Source of the DNA: a virus
DNA: 64,000 nt
IMG/VR virus record: IMGVR_UViG_3300037325_000137
Coordinates: 14,376-78,375 of that record
Reading direction: 5' to 3' (one strand)
Within the stretch, counting starts at the first letter, position 1, and every line of letters starts with the position of its first letter. Made by a program: the position numbers and the translations under genes. Below, piece after piece: positions 21,801-31,079 of this stretch. Below the pieces are notes generated by a model that saw nothing but the letters and a program-made list of their open reading frames with translations, searched no databases and was not told the origin of the DNA.

Positions 21801-22850
21801 TAGATTGTAATCTATGTTTATATTAACGCCATCAATATTTTTAAGGTCATATTGCTCTTTGTAATGAGCATATATAAGCCTACCTTCTATCATTGTTTGA
21901 GCTTTAACCTCTCTTGGTACGTTGTCGAAATAAGATTTTAAAACATTATCTGGTAAAGCTCTATATACTTTTGAGTTGTCAAAAAGAAATGTCTCAATGT
22001 CATTATCTTCATATTCTAAATCCTCTTTATTAAAGTCATCTATAATCCATTCAGTACTACTTTGGCTTTCTTTGTATATGAGCTGTATTTCGGTAACGTT
22101 TTTATTACCTGTAAAAAACTCTATTTGAACTTGGTTAAATTTATTAACCATCGACTTATTTGACTGCTCTGTGAAGTCATAATCAAAAGACTTAGGTTGA
22201 AAAGCAGCATTAGTAAAAGGTGCTAATGCGCTATACTCACCATCTAAATATCTGTATCTATAAGAGAATGAAAGGAATTTTTCCTCTATATTGTTTTCTA
22301 CACCTTGACCTGTTACAGTATCATTAAGAGAAATTCTAAGTTTTTGGTGTGGAGGAATAACAGCCACCATAATGTCTTCTTCCGTAAATCCGTTAAGACC
22401 GTATTCTTTTGCTCTTTCTATATTTATGCGTCTAGGATTATTAGTCCATTCGCTAATTAATAACAATCCATTTAGTTCATTTACACCTGTTACATATCCA
22501 TTGTAGTTAAACCTTAGAATGCTTATATCGTCTTCTATTATAACCGTTGAAATATTGTTTATAACATCATACTCAACTATTTTAGATGAAACTCTATTAA
22601 ATGTTGCTAATAAATAATAAACCAAATTTTTACTTTCATCAAAATAACCGCCAACACATTTAAAATTCGCTCCTTTTGTTTCGTCGCTTACTATTAACGT
22701 ACCTTTTATATTTGTGCCAATACCGTCTTTACCATCGTTTATGTGAAACCTAAGATTTTCTACGTTTCTAGTAGAACCATTTGGAACTAAAGATCTGTCT
22801 AAATCTTTTTCCATTACGCCATTAGTAAATAAACTTCTTAATTTTGCCAT
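18876..22850 (-). CDS. Tail nozzle/stabilization protein (crAss-type, P22 gp10-like role)
   Basis: 1324 aa; N-terminal F..GVMEKDLDRSLVPNG...N, FSYRYRYLDGEYS, GNGVES..IKD motifs recalled from this family. Confidence 0.7.
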   Translation of the reverse strand: MAKLRSLFTNGVMEKDLDRSLVPNGSTRNVENLRFHINDGKDGIGTNIKGTLIVSDETKGANFKCVGGYFDESKNLVYYLLATFNRVSSKIVEYDVINNISTVIIEDDISILRFNYNGYVTGVNELNGLLLISEWTNNPRRINIERAKEYGLNGFTEEDIMVAVIPPHQKLRISLNDTVTGQGVENNIEEKFLSFSYRYRYLDGEYSALAPFTNAAFQPKSFDYDFTEQSNKSMVNKFNQVQIEFFTGNKNVTEIQLIYKESQSSTEWIIDDFNKEDLEYEDNDIETFLFDNSKVYRALPDNVLKSYFDNVPREVKAQTMIEGRLIYAHYKEQYDLKNIDGVNINIDYNLILESLENTIDVQEDELDADGDPTGNQTTVQKPSLEPKKTVRSNRDVEIGLVYSDEHGRSTTVLVSKTNTIMIPASASDTENKIKVELRHKPPFWAKYYRFFVTQNKKGYDQFLPTLFYQEGVYRYIKVEQSDIDKFKEGDFVIVKADGEGILNTLEKIKVLEFERKDKDFLNDQDGGQPSGWYMKISLIDSDVTFDESNYSFTKYDHYDASGGGLGPVTQNNQSFYKIKFKNSGVDTLTPTVTFNGTEDLRYEIEIHDVSTTPNVFRFRTQQTNGVTPPSVWTELDTDTSDVVLDSDVSVRFAATTGNSLNDKWLLKKSIAFLLDQDNRSHAIFSVPNFINAGSTIKLKYFSAKERSNTSRSFLIEVKSNQKYDNIEEWFYGDEIFSLIQSQPNFDWSEQNFWFREVDLRYSTGNSANRDKLFIDVNPQGISHSLIIASDRRKENTRNIYSDVFSEIRQIRNIPIFETEPKDQSPEIFFEIGKTYRVIDNLHSKITDDYETDIENISTDISQSLPSQPLVITLDWFNAWSYGNGVESYKIKDEFNKKGLDVGIRVLSNTKDRYREITRVADVQWSDIYNDDSDFNGLNWFNLSAPNYVLLDKENGSIQLIDNDNGNLLILQESAIGTMPYNKQVIYDASGNQTIGVVNNVLDERSWRPYAGGEHGISLHPESYVKIEGRKYFTDQQRGNIIQLANDGVTTINQYGLEYEISNAMANNKSTKLVAGYDFKHKEYVVHIPNKQSCLAYKLTRNGFPNYFMFEPDFMLNANNEFYAWKNGVMYRMNATENYNEFFGVQSMSKINFFENTEPSTVKICNSMAIQSNKPWDAFIKTRLTSVLIPKEHFEKYEDYFYAAIMGNTNSEPLSNSSFGLGSYEIVNGLINCSQGVPSSLSVGDTVSSISLGFAASVITSVINNQITIANTSLNESISFLKYNKNQSIEGQSIRGDVLDIELTYIGSEYVEIRAVDVEAIESKI

Positions 22851-23680
22851 TATGCTATACCGCTATATCTTGTTCCTGTAAACTCTAATATTTCTTCTTT
22901 AGTAATCTTAGCTCCTAATAATCTACTAGCTCTCTTAAAATATTTTTTCTTTTCTTTTTCATGAAACATTACGACATTCATTGGCACGTTTCTTTGACCT
23001 TGTAAGGAGTAATATTTTATATAGAACTCTACAGCTCTTTCCATGTTATGATGTACTTTAATATCACAAGCTTTAGTTTCATTTAATCCAGCTGTTACAA
23101 ATTCTATTACAACTTCTTTATCTTCTAAGTCTGTACTAAACTCAAAGTAATTAGCTTCTAAATTTTCTTTTACAAAGCTATTCTCATATGTTCTAGAGTC
23201 ACTGCAAGGTGTTACTAATAGACTGCATTCTACCGCTATTCTACAGTGACCAATTTCTGCATTAAAAGAATTAGCTTCTAATATTTCTCCATCACAATCA
23301 TAAAGCAGTTCAGCTTCGTTATCTTGTAAGTAATCACGTATAGTAGGGTTGTTATTTATATTAAGAGGTGTCAGTGTTCCACATTCATTTATAACAGAAA
23401 TTCTAAACCAATCTGTCATAAATCTAGGGAATGGAAATGTAAGATTTGGGGGAACTGTAATTGATATAGCTTTCTTTTTAGATAATATATCTACATTAAA
23501 TTCCTTTATAGCCATTTTGCCTAATATCTCTAGTGTGTAATTAGGAATATTTTTAAAATAACTGTCATCACCAGACATTAAGGATATGTTGTCTAGAATA
23601 TTTTTAAGAGAAACAAATCTTCTTTCTCCAAAACGTTCTTCGTTTTCGTAGTACTGATCGTCTGTAGTAGCAAAACTCAT
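22850..23680 (-). CDS. Tail ring/adaptor protein
   Basis: Directly upstream of nozzle gene, 276 aa. Confidence 0.55.
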   Translation of the reverse strand: MSFATTDDQYYENEERFGERRFVSLKNILDNISLMSGDDSYFKNIPNYTLEILGKMAIKEFNVDILSKKKAISITVPPNLTFPFPRFMTDWFRISVINECGTLTPLNINNNPTIRDYLQDNEAELLYDCDGEILEANSFNAEIGHCRIAVECSLLVTPCSDSRTYENSFVKENLEANYFEFSTDLEDKEVVIEFVTAGLNETKACDIKVHHNMERAVEFYIKYYSLQGQRNVPMNVVMFHEKEKKKYFKRASRLLGAKITKEEILEFTGTRYSGIA

Positions 23681-23682
23681 AA

Positions 23683-24378
23683 TTATTGGATATTAGATTC
23701 TTGTGTGTCTGTTTGTTGTTCTGCATTAGCTAATTGAGCTGCTTGAATATCTCTAATGCTTAACGCTGCCATTTCAAATACTAAGGATATTATTTCGTCT
23801 CTAGATGTTTCTGGCATATCTACGTCTTCAAAATCTTGTGCGGTAGCTTCAAATAAAGGTTTTCCATTGTCTAATACGTAAGTCCACTTTGCGTTTTTAA
23901 ACCTTCTTAGATATTGTATTTTAAACTCTGATATTGATGGAGGGTGAATTTCTAGCTTTTCACCTATTTTAGAACACTTAGGGCTACAATCATCTGGTGA
24001 TACATAAATGTTTCTTTGTAAGTCTATAAGTACAGAATAAGGGACTTTATCTATCCTTATGTTTGACATCGTAAATACGTCTAATATAAACTCTGTGTCT
24101 GTAGGAAGGTTTGAAATTCCATTTGTAGCAGTCATTGGCTGTATTTTAGAGTAATACTCTAAGAGCTGTCTAAGATATTCAGAATACTTAGCCATATTCT
24201 TACCTTCTAGATGCGAGTTACTTCTCCTTACAGAAACCTTTAATTCTATAAGGTAATCATTATATACTTTTCTAATAGCGTTATTCAAATAAAGATTAAA
24301 GTCCATAGGTTTTAAATAACCTAGCTGATCTTTATTAAGCAAACCTTGGACGGTTTTATAAATTGTGTCTATTAACAT
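23683..24378 (-). CDS. Tail ring/tubular protein
   Basis: IYKTVQGLLNKDQLGYLKPMDFN and YLR..K..KWTY motifs recalled from crAss-like ring proteins. Confidence 0.6.
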   Translation of the reverse strand: MLIDTIYKTVQGLLNKDQLGYLKPMDFNLYLNNAIRKVYNDYLIELKVSVRRSNSHLEGKNMAKYSEYLRQLLEYYSKIQPMTATNGISNLPTDTEFILDVFTMSNIRIDKVPYSVLIDLQRNIYVSPDDCSPKCSKIGEKLEIHPPSISEFKIQYLRRFKNAKWTYVLDNGKPLFEATAQDFEDVDMPETSRDEIISLVFEMAALSIRDIQAAQLANAEQQTDTQESNIQ

Positions 24379-24440
24379 TTTTAGAGTTTAAAACAAATAT
24401 AATCAACTTGATCATCTTTATTATTTAATTTAAGTAAACA

Positions 24441-24473
24441 AAAAAGCCCAATCAAATTAATGAGTGGGCTTTT
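24441..24473 (-). terminator. Rho-independent terminator
   Basis: aaaagcccaatca/tgagtgggctttt stem with T-run. Confidence 0.7.
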
Positions 24474-24513
24474 CAGATAAAACCATATCTATGAAAACAA
24501 GTTCAAATATAGT

Positions 24514-24900
24514 CTATTTTAGACTAATCCACTCTTCTAAAATAATTTTTCTTTTTTCGTTGTTGGTAGCTTCTGAATCATCTATTTCAAAATCATTAAA
24601 AAACTTAATATAGTCATCCTTTCTATCTGTCGCTAAAACATTAACAGCACGTTCTAGGTCTTTATCAATAGATGAATCTATCTCTTTTGTTTTTTTAGAT
24701 CTCTTCTCTAAGTCTTCACTTGTTAAAATTGTTTTACGATTATTTGAATAGACATCGTATTCAGTTCTTACATATTCAGTGCCTTCTTTGGTCTGAGTCT
24801 TCAATATGTGGTTTTGAGACACTAGTTTTTTGTCTCCACTGTCAAGAGTAAGCAATGTTTTACCGTTTGTTTGCGCTTGAATTTTTACAACTTTAGCCAT
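24514..24900 (-). CDS. Hypothetical protein
   Basis: 128-aa ORF in structural operon. Confidence 0.5.
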   Translation of the reverse strand: MAKVVKIQAQTNGKTLLTLDSGDKKLVSQNHILKTQTKEGTEYVRTEYDVYSNNRKTILTSEDLEKRSKKTKEIDSSIDKDLERAVNVLATDRKDDYIKFFNDFEIDDSEATNNEKRKIILEEWISLK

Positions 24901-24905
24901 GATTT

Positions 24906-25685
24906 TTATTTTTTATGTTCTTTAATTTTCTTAGCGACACTCGCTAATGTAGTCTGTCCTTCTTTGTCCGTTTTGAACCATGCAGCAACTTCATCCATTA
25001 CACTACCTGCTTGTGTTCCTGCATAAATAGTTTCTCTTCCGTCTATCGCCCATCTAATGTTTTTACCATTATGGATTTCCAATATTGATAAGTTTAAAGC
25101 TATAGCCAAGGCTATTTTCTCATTAATCATATTTGATTTAGAGAACTTCATAAACCTTTCTATAAATCCATCGGAATCAGCATCAATTAATGGGCGTATT
25201 GCCATTTTAATTTTATTGTTTGTGTAGCCTAAAGACATTGCACCAATAAATTCAACACCAAAAGCTCTTACTAAATTCTCTTCGGCTTCCATTAATACAG
25301 AACTAGCTTTCACTATTCTATTATACCTCTCAATTTCAAATTTATCTTCTTCGTCAATAATATATTCTTTAAACATTTTACCTCCGTTAGCAATGTTGTG
25401 AGGTAAAGTTTCTATGTATTTAATTAACACATGGTCTTCTTCGTCAACTCTCAAAATACCTTTAATAAAAGCTTTGTTGGTTTGCTTTGCGTTTGGATCT
25501 ACTTTGTCTTGTTCATCAACAAAAATAGAATCTAGGGTCTCTACGTACCTAATGATTCTTCTTTTTTTGATTACACCCTTGACACCTTGTTTAGTCGTTT
25601 CGGTTGTAACCGTAACGTTTTGAGGTAAGTTACATGCTCTTGATTTTTTAAGAGTAACGTATGTTTTTCTATTTGTTCCGTCCAT
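24906..25685 (-). CDS. Conserved-type phage protein downstream of capsid gene
   Basis: 259 aa; preceded by TAnnTTTG motif near 25719-25726. Confidence 0.5.
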   Translation of the reverse strand: MDGTNRKTYVTLKKSRACNLPQNVTVTTETTKQGVKGVIKKRRIIRYVETLDSIFVDEQDKVDPNAKQTNKAFIKGILRVDEEDHVLIKYIETLPHNIANGGKMFKEYIIDEEDKFEIERYNRIVKASSVLMEAEENLVRAFGVEFIGAMSLGYTNNKIKMAIRPLIDADSDGFIERFMKFSKSNMINEKIALAIALNLSILEIHNGKNIRWAIDGRETIYAGTQAGSVMDEVAAWFKTDKEGQTTLASVAKKIKEHKK

Positions 25686-25860
25686 TATGTGTTGTTATTG
25701 ATTAATAGTATTGAAAGCAAATATAATACAAAAATCCCTACTTATTGAAAAGCAAGGATTTAAGATTTTAATCAACAATAAAGAATGGACTTCTTATACG
25801 TGCAATATAGAACTAAACTATTATTGACATATTGCTTTTAGGTAATCAATGATAATGAAT

Positions 25861-25895
25861 AAAAAACCCCGTAACAATTAAGTTACAGGGTTTTG
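25861..25895 (-). terminator. Terminator after major capsid gene
   Basis: aaaaccccgtaac/gttacagggtttt stem with T-run. Confidence 0.75.
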
Positions 25896-25918
25896 TTTGT
25901 TTTTATTAAACCTTTAAA

Positions 25919-27325
25919 TTACTCTGGGTTTACGATACAAATAAGTTCTGGACAAGGAACTCCGATACAAACGTCTACAGATTTTGTGATTTTAATGTTT
26001 TCACAATCATCAGTAGGTACGGCAGCAAGACCTCCTGTAATAAAGGTTCTAATCTTACCTTTTTTAAGAGCAAGTTCTTTGTATGCTGTGAACACATAAG
26101 GTACTTGTCTAGTCTCTCCGTTAACTACAGTTTCGATAGTTCCCATTGGGATTATCATTGCATAAGGCATAGTTGCAGAAATACGATTCTTAGAGAAAGC
26201 TCCGTTACCTTCGGTTAACCTAACCTTGGTAAAGTAAAACGTGTGACCGTCTTTTTGGATTCCTCTGAAACCATACATAGCCATGTTGTCATTGTTGTTA
26301 TTAACATCGTGACCCATATCAATATTAAGAGTTCCACCAAGCAATGCTGCTATAGCTTCCATCTTTCTGTATTGGGTATTGTTAAAGCAATGAACTGTTA
26401 ACTCCATGTTAGGCATTCCTAAACTATCGTAATAGTCAGTTACCGCTTCTAAATCAGCCATTGTTTCAATGTAACCAACATGCTCTAAACCTTCACTTGT
26501 TGCTTTATCGAACAACCCTTTAGTTCCATATTTACCAGCAGCATAAGCGTCAGATCCAGTAGCAGACTCTTCTTCAATAAGAAGTGTTTTAGCTATTTTA
26601 GAATAAAGACGTTTATCAAGTTTTAATTGATTATCGTCATACCAAAAGATTTCTTCATCATCACCAAAACAATATTGGTATTGATTAATAGAACCACTTG
26701 CTCCGATAGCATCTTTGATCTTTTGGAATTTAAGATTTATAGATTTTACCTTTCTTCTTTCAAGTAACCCTTCTGGACCACAAGTTCCTTTATCCCAATC
26801 ACCACCATTTACATCAACTGTGATATTTGTAAGAGCAGTAGTCCATCCACCGTCTAAACGAGAAAGCGCTGTAAATGTATTGGCTGACTTATCAATGGCA
26901 GTAATAACACCTAACTCTCTTTTACCAGTGTTATCATAAACCGCTATCGTGTCGTTAAGTCTGAAAAAGAAATAATCTTCACCAGCTACATAACCTTGTA
27001 TAGCTGTAGGGTCAATTGTAAACACGTTTGCAGCACGTGCTACAGCACCGTCATCGTCAATTACAAAGTTAAAAGTTTCGTGTTCTACGAAAGTAATATA
27101 ATCGGTTGTGAACATTAAGTCCATTTGGAACAATTCAAAAAAGATAATTAGGTTATCTTTTAACATGCCTAAACAGTCTGTTCTAACTAAGTCAAGAGCT
27201 TCTTTTGGAAGACCTCCCCTTTCGTTTTGCAACGCTGCCATTTCAACAGGCGTGCGGTAATTTTTTTGATCCAATAATACGGGTGCGGTATTATTAAAAG
27301 GATTCGTTGGAGCATTAACTGCCAT
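25919..27325 (-). CDS. Major capsid protein
   Basis: 468 aa, follows acidic scaffold-like gene, followed by strong terminator; GTKGLF motif. Confidence 0.7.
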   Translation of the reverse strand: MAVNAPTNPFNNTAPVLLDQKNYRTPVEMAALQNERGGLPKEALDLVRTDCLGMLKDNLIIFFELFQMDLMFTTDYITFVEHETFNFVIDDDGAVARAANVFTIDPTAIQGYVAGEDYFFFRLNDTIAVYDNTGKRELGVITAIDKSANTFTALSRLDGGWTTALTNITVDVNGGDWDKGTCGPEGLLERRKVKSINLKFQKIKDAIGASGSINQYQYCFGDDEEIFWYDDNQLKLDKRLYSKIAKTLLIEEESATGSDAYAAGKYGTKGLFDKATSEGLEHVGYIETMADLEAVTDYYDSLGMPNMELTVHCFNNTQYRKMEAIAALLGGTLNIDMGHDVNNNNDNMAMYGFRGIQKDGHTFYFTKVRLTEGNGAFSKNRISATMPYAMIIPMGTIETVVNGETRQVPYVFTAYKELALKKGKIRTFITGGLAAVPTDDCENIKITKSVDVCIGVPCPELICIVNPE

Positions 27326-27344
27326 AATTTCTAGTTTTTAAATT

Positions 27345-28559
27345 TTAAATTAACGCTTTACCCATGTTTTTAGAGCTGCCAGATGTACTGCTTATAGTTA
27401 CTCCTGCTTTACTATTTTGATTAGGTAAAACTTTTTGTTGTTTTCCTAAGTTTACATTCCTATTCTTCTTTGAAAATTCATCGATTGTAAGACTTTGTAA
27501 TTGTTTAGAAAAATCAGCTAATAATGTGTTTCTTATTGCTGGATTAGCCCATGCTTGATCTAGTAATAGCGAATCAGTATTAACACCTACTTCTCCTTCT
27601 TTTGCTTCTTGCACGTAAGATTGGAAAAGGGAATCTACTGTTTGCGTTTGTGTGGCAAGCATAGCCTTGTGTTCTTTTGAAATGGTTAAACTAATCTCAT
27701 TGTCACCCAATTTCATTTTAATTTCGTTGAGTGATGCAAGTGACTTATCTCTTTTCTCCCAATAAGGTCTGTGAGCTTTTGCTGCATCCTCTTCTGTCAT
27801 TGGTTTTGCATCAGCTTTCTTAGGAGTAGCAAATTCCTTTGATTTCTTTTGCATGAAGTCTAAAGCTTTGTTATAAACTTGGTTTATTTCAAGCTTCTTG
27901 CCTTTGAGATCCTTTGGACTCATTTCGTCTTCGTCTTCCTCTGTAAGTGTTAAAAGTTCGACACGAGTATCTAAATCTTCATCTGTAGAATTTGGATATT
28001 CGTATTTTAAAAACTCACGTAAAGTATCTTCTTTACTTTCCTTACTCCAATCTTTCTGTGAGTTAAGGAAGTCTTCCATACCTCTTCCTGTTTGTTCTTC
28101 AAACTCTTTGAATTTTTGTACAGGTTCGGACAAAGTTTCTTTTCGAGAAAGTTGATCTAGGTTATCTACGTCTAGTCCTTTTGTTTTAAGATACTCCCTA
28201 ACTGCTTCGTCAGTAATCACATTTTCAGTTTCCTTAGATGTATTTTCTGGACTTGCTTTTTCTTTAGGTTTTTCTTGGTTAAACGTAAGTTCTACAGGCT
28301 TATAACCTTCCTCTTCTTCTCTATCTTCACTAGGTTTTTTGTCATCAACTTTAGGAATAACCTTACCTTCTTCATCTTTAGTTTCCTTAGATGTATCAGG
28401 ATTTTTAGGCTCTTCTGTTTTTTTAATGTCATCAACCTTTACTTGTGATGGTTCTTTTTTTTCTACTGGTTTTGTTTCAGCAGGCTCTTGTTTTTGATCA
28501 CCAAGAGACATAGGTTGACCCATTTGTCTATTTGGTAATACTTGTTCTTGTCCGTCCAT
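27345..28559 (-). CDS. Capsid scaffolding-like protein
   Basis: Acidic, low-complexity N-terminus; upstream of capsid gene. Confidence 0.55.
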   Translation of the reverse strand: MDGQEQVLPNRQMGQPMSLGDQKQEPAETKPVEKKEPSQVKVDDIKKTEEPKNPDTSKETKDEEGKVIPKVDDKKPSEDREEEEGYKPVELTFNQEKPKEKASPENTSKETENVITDEAVREYLKTKGLDVDNLDQLSRKETLSEPVQKFKEFEEQTGRGMEDFLNSQKDWSKESKEDTLREFLKYEYPNSTDEDLDTRVELLTLTEEDEDEMSPKDLKGKKLEINQVYNKALDFMQKKSKEFATPKKADAKPMTEEDAAKAHRPYWEKRDKSLASLNEIKMKLGDNEISLTISKEHKAMLATQTQTVDSLFQSYVQEAKEGEVGVNTDSLLLDQAWANPAIRNTLLADFSKQLQSLTIDEFSKKNRNVNLGKQQKVLPNQNSKAGVTISSTSGSSKNMGKALI

Positions 28560-28639
28560 TGTGTTGTTATTGATTAGGACAAATATAGAGTGATGAAATA
28601 AAAACCATGTGTTATCTCGGTAATCGTTAAATTTGGGGT

Positions 28640-29104
28640 ATGAAAAAAATAGTTCCTTTTAATAAAAATCGTATTGTAGAAGTTGACTTTTCTGTAAATA
28701 AGAATATTGAACTAATAAAGGCTAAAGAGTTAATGACTAGTTTTTCTAGCAATGATTTTAGTTTTACAATATTTGTTCTAGAAGACTTAAGTAGCAAGTA
28801 TTCATTGTCTTATGAAGACATACTTGTAATTTTGTATTTGTATGAAATTGTAGTTTTTGGTAGGAAAATTGATTTTAATGGTGGTTGGTATTTGTTAGGA
28901 AACCTAATAGATAAAGGTTTTGCTGACAAGGATTATTCTATTAAACAAAAAGACCTATACCGATTGTCAGAAAGGGGTATAGGTCTGGTAAATGATTATT
29001 CAAAAGGTTTTGGCAATAAAGATAAATGGATTAATGAGAATCGTAAAATACCTATTTCAGATCAAAGCATAGTTACAAGTGTAATATCTGATTACTTTAA
29101 GTAG
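28640..29104 (+). CDS. Hypothetical protein, possible winged-HTH
   Basis: Only + strand gene in this arm; LIDKGF...YRLSERG resembles a wHTH wing. Confidence 0.4.
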   Translation: MKKIVPFNKNRIVEVDFSVNKNIELIKAKELMTSFSSNDFSFTIFVLEDLSSKYSLSYEDILVILYLYEIVVFGRKIDFNGGWYLLGNLIDKGFADKDYSIKQKDLYRLSERGIGLVNDYSKGFGNKDKWINENRKIPISDQSIVTSVISDYFK

Positions 29105-29127
29105 TTCTTATTGCCTATATACAGCCG

Positions 29128-29349
29128 TTAGCACACATTAAAACTATCTAATATATATTTCGCTAATTTTAAGGCTTGCTCTTTATTTAAGTAAGTATGT
29201 GCATCTCCTTGAAAATCTCCCTCTATCTCAATCTCAAAGTCATTATCCTTGTCTACTGGGTTTATCACAAAATTATCAAGTGATAAACGTGTGCTAACAC
29301 TTGGTATAGTGCATTGCTCGGTTTCGGTTTTTTTACTATCTGTATTCAT
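29128..29349 (-). CDS. Cassette-encoded hypothetical protein
   Basis: Starts in att loop; TAA stop is the TTA of the core site. Confidence 0.6.
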   Translation of the reverse strand: MNTDSKKTETEQCTIPSVSTRLSLDNFVINPVDKDNDFEIEIEGDFQGDAHTYLNKEQALKLAKYILDSFNVC

Positions 29350-29417
29350 AATTCAAAGTTTTTGTGTAATTAATTAAGTTCGTGCTATAAGGTCGCAACG
29401 ACACCATACCATATCCG
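29128..29417. mobile_element. Solitary integron-like gene cassette
   Basis: Starts G|TTAGCACACATT; own R'' AAACGTGTGCTAAC; arms tggtatagtgcattgc / gcaacgacaccatacca; ends CCG|TTA. Confidence 0.8.
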
Positions 29418-29420
29418 TTA

Positions 29421-29636
29421 TTAAGTAAACTCCCACTCGTCGGGAATATGTACTTCAAAACATTCTTCGTTAGTGTCATTGATTTTGGTTTTTAAAAACG
29501 AATCTCCAATGTTTTCATCATCAGTATATGTTGCTATCCCGAGATATTTACCATCACGCCAAAGGTGGTAATCTTTACCTTATATCAAAAGTTCTTGCCT
29601 TAATCCTAATACACCTAGTTTTAATATACGTTTCAT
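29421..29636 (-). pseudogene. Small gene with one in-frame TAA at 29580-29582
   Basis: MKRILKLGVLGLRQELLI*GKDYHLWRDGKYLGIATYTDDENIGDSFLK...EWEFT*. Confidence 0.5.
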
Positions 29637-29647
29637 TATTTTGTCTT

Positions 29648-29959
29648 TTAAATATTAAACAGTTTGTTGAGGTCTTCTGTTGTGATTGAATCTTTTTGTC
29701 CAGAAGCTTCAATTATGTCTTTAAACCCTTCTAGGTCTTCTTGCTTAATTGCAAATCTAGTAAGGCTGAAATATTCATACTGCAAGCATAGACTTATTAA
29801 GTTTATTTCCTCTATTTGCACTCCTAATGTGTTTCCTTGCATTGTTAGTCTAGCAACATCTTTTAAAGTATATAGCTTATCTTCTTCTACCCAATGTGTA
29901 AAAGGAATGTCCTCTGGCTTATTTGTATCGTCAATACAAAGTAGTTTTATTTGGCTCAT
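29648..29959 (-). CDS. Hypothetical phage protein
   Basis: 103-aa ORF in operon. Confidence 0.55.
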   Translation of the reverse strand: MSQIKLLCIDDTNKPEDIPFTHWVEEDKLYTLKDVARLTMQGNTLGVQIEEINLISLCLQYEYFSLTRFAIKQEDLEGFKDIIEASGQKDSITTEDLNKLFNI

Positions 29960-30141
29960 AGTTCTTTAATTTCAAGTTTAATATCTCTACAATCTACACC
30001 ACATACAGGACAAAATTGAACCCTTAGATTATCTTTATAGCTTATTTCTAAATGTGGCATAAGCCTTGACTTTTTATCCTCTGTAAGCATCCACTTAAAG
30101 GACTTTTGTATTTTTTCTATGTGTTCACATTTTGGTTTCAT
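29956..30141 (-). CDS. Small protein with FCPVCG zinc-ribbon-like motif
   Basis: C.H ... CPVC motif. Confidence 0.45.
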   Translation of the reverse strand: MKPKCEHIEKIQKSFKWMLTEDKKSRLMPHLEISYKDNLRVQFCPVCGVDCRDIKLEIKEL

Positions 30142-30145
30142 GGCT

Positions 30146-30442
30146 TTATTTTTTAATGAAAATATCTAAATAAGTTTGATTAAGTTCTTCAAGTATAACT
30201 TTAGCTTCTAATCTATTCTCTACAGGTGCGTCATTAACTTCTAACGCCATTAAGTATATTAAAGCTATTGGAATACCAATTACTTCACAAAAGCTATCTA
30301 CATACTTAGACTTAATAAAATTAACTCTGTTGTTTTCTAGTTGAGAAAGATAAGATGGTGAGCAATTAACTTGTTTAGCCATTTCGTTAAGGTTGTAACC
30401 TTTTTCTTTCCTAAGTTTTTTAATTGCTTTACCTAAGTTCAT
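30146..30442 (-). CDS. XRE-family HTH transcriptional regulator
   Basis: LGKAIKKLRKEKGYNLNEMAKQVNCSPSYLSQLENN. Confidence 0.9.
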   Translation of the reverse strand: MNLGKAIKKLRKEKGYNLNEMAKQVNCSPSYLSQLENNRVNFIKSKYVDSFCEVIGIPIALIYLMALEVNDAPVENRLEAKVILEELNQTYLDIFIKK

Positions 30443-31079
30443 ATTTATTCTCTGATTCTCTGATTCTCTTGGACTCTTTTACTTTGTGTAAAGGCTTTAG
30501 ATTAGGCATTGTTTTTAAAAATTCTTTTTTGCTTTTATAAAACCAATGTGATACAGTGTATCTTCTAAATCTACTATCATAACAAACATACTGCCATTCA
30601 TAAACTGGCTCTGATTTTATTATCTCATCCCATACGCCATCCCTAAATATAAGATTCCATTTACCTATGTTTCCCATCCAAAGACTACCTCCTAAAACAA
30701 AGAAGTTATCTATAACTTTTTTATAAGAATTAAAATTACTCAAACACTCATGGTTACCACTCTTATACCCTCGTCTCTTCGCTTCTGCTATAAGAGCTGT
30801 CGATACTTCTTCGTCGGTTGCTGGTATTAAAGAATCTCTATATCCTATGCCTAACAGGTTACTCCAATCACCCTCTGCATCAAACCCGTAGTTACTAAAA
30901 TTAGCGTCTTTTTTAAAACACATTAAAAACTTATTGTGTTCCATACTCTTATACCACTTACCAACCTCTAGCGTTGGCTTAAACAAAGCGGGAAAGTCTT
31001 TCTCTATCCTAGTCTTTAATGATTCACAAGCGTCTTTGTGGTAGCTCTTAATCGTTTCTTCTGTTACTTCTATTTTCAT
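30429..31079 (-). CDS. Hypothetical phage protein
   Basis: 216-aa ORF. Confidence 0.55.
   Translation of the reverse strand: MKIEVTEETIKSYHKDACESLKTRIEKDFPALFKPTLEVGKWYKSMEHNKFLMCFKKDANFSNYGFDAEGDWSNLLGIGYRDSLIPATDEEVSTALIAEAKRRGYKSGNHECLSNFNSYKKVIDNFFVLGGSLWMGNIGKWNLIFRDGVWDEIIKSEPVYEWQYVCYDSRFRRYTVSHWFYKSKKEFLKTMPNLKPLHKVKESKRIRESENKYELR

Noticed and set aside
451-28155. Many + strand ORFs in the track (e.g. 2162-2638, 9439-9876, 11314-11706)
   Set aside because: Antisense shadows of long - strand genes with Ser/Leu/Phe-rich composition
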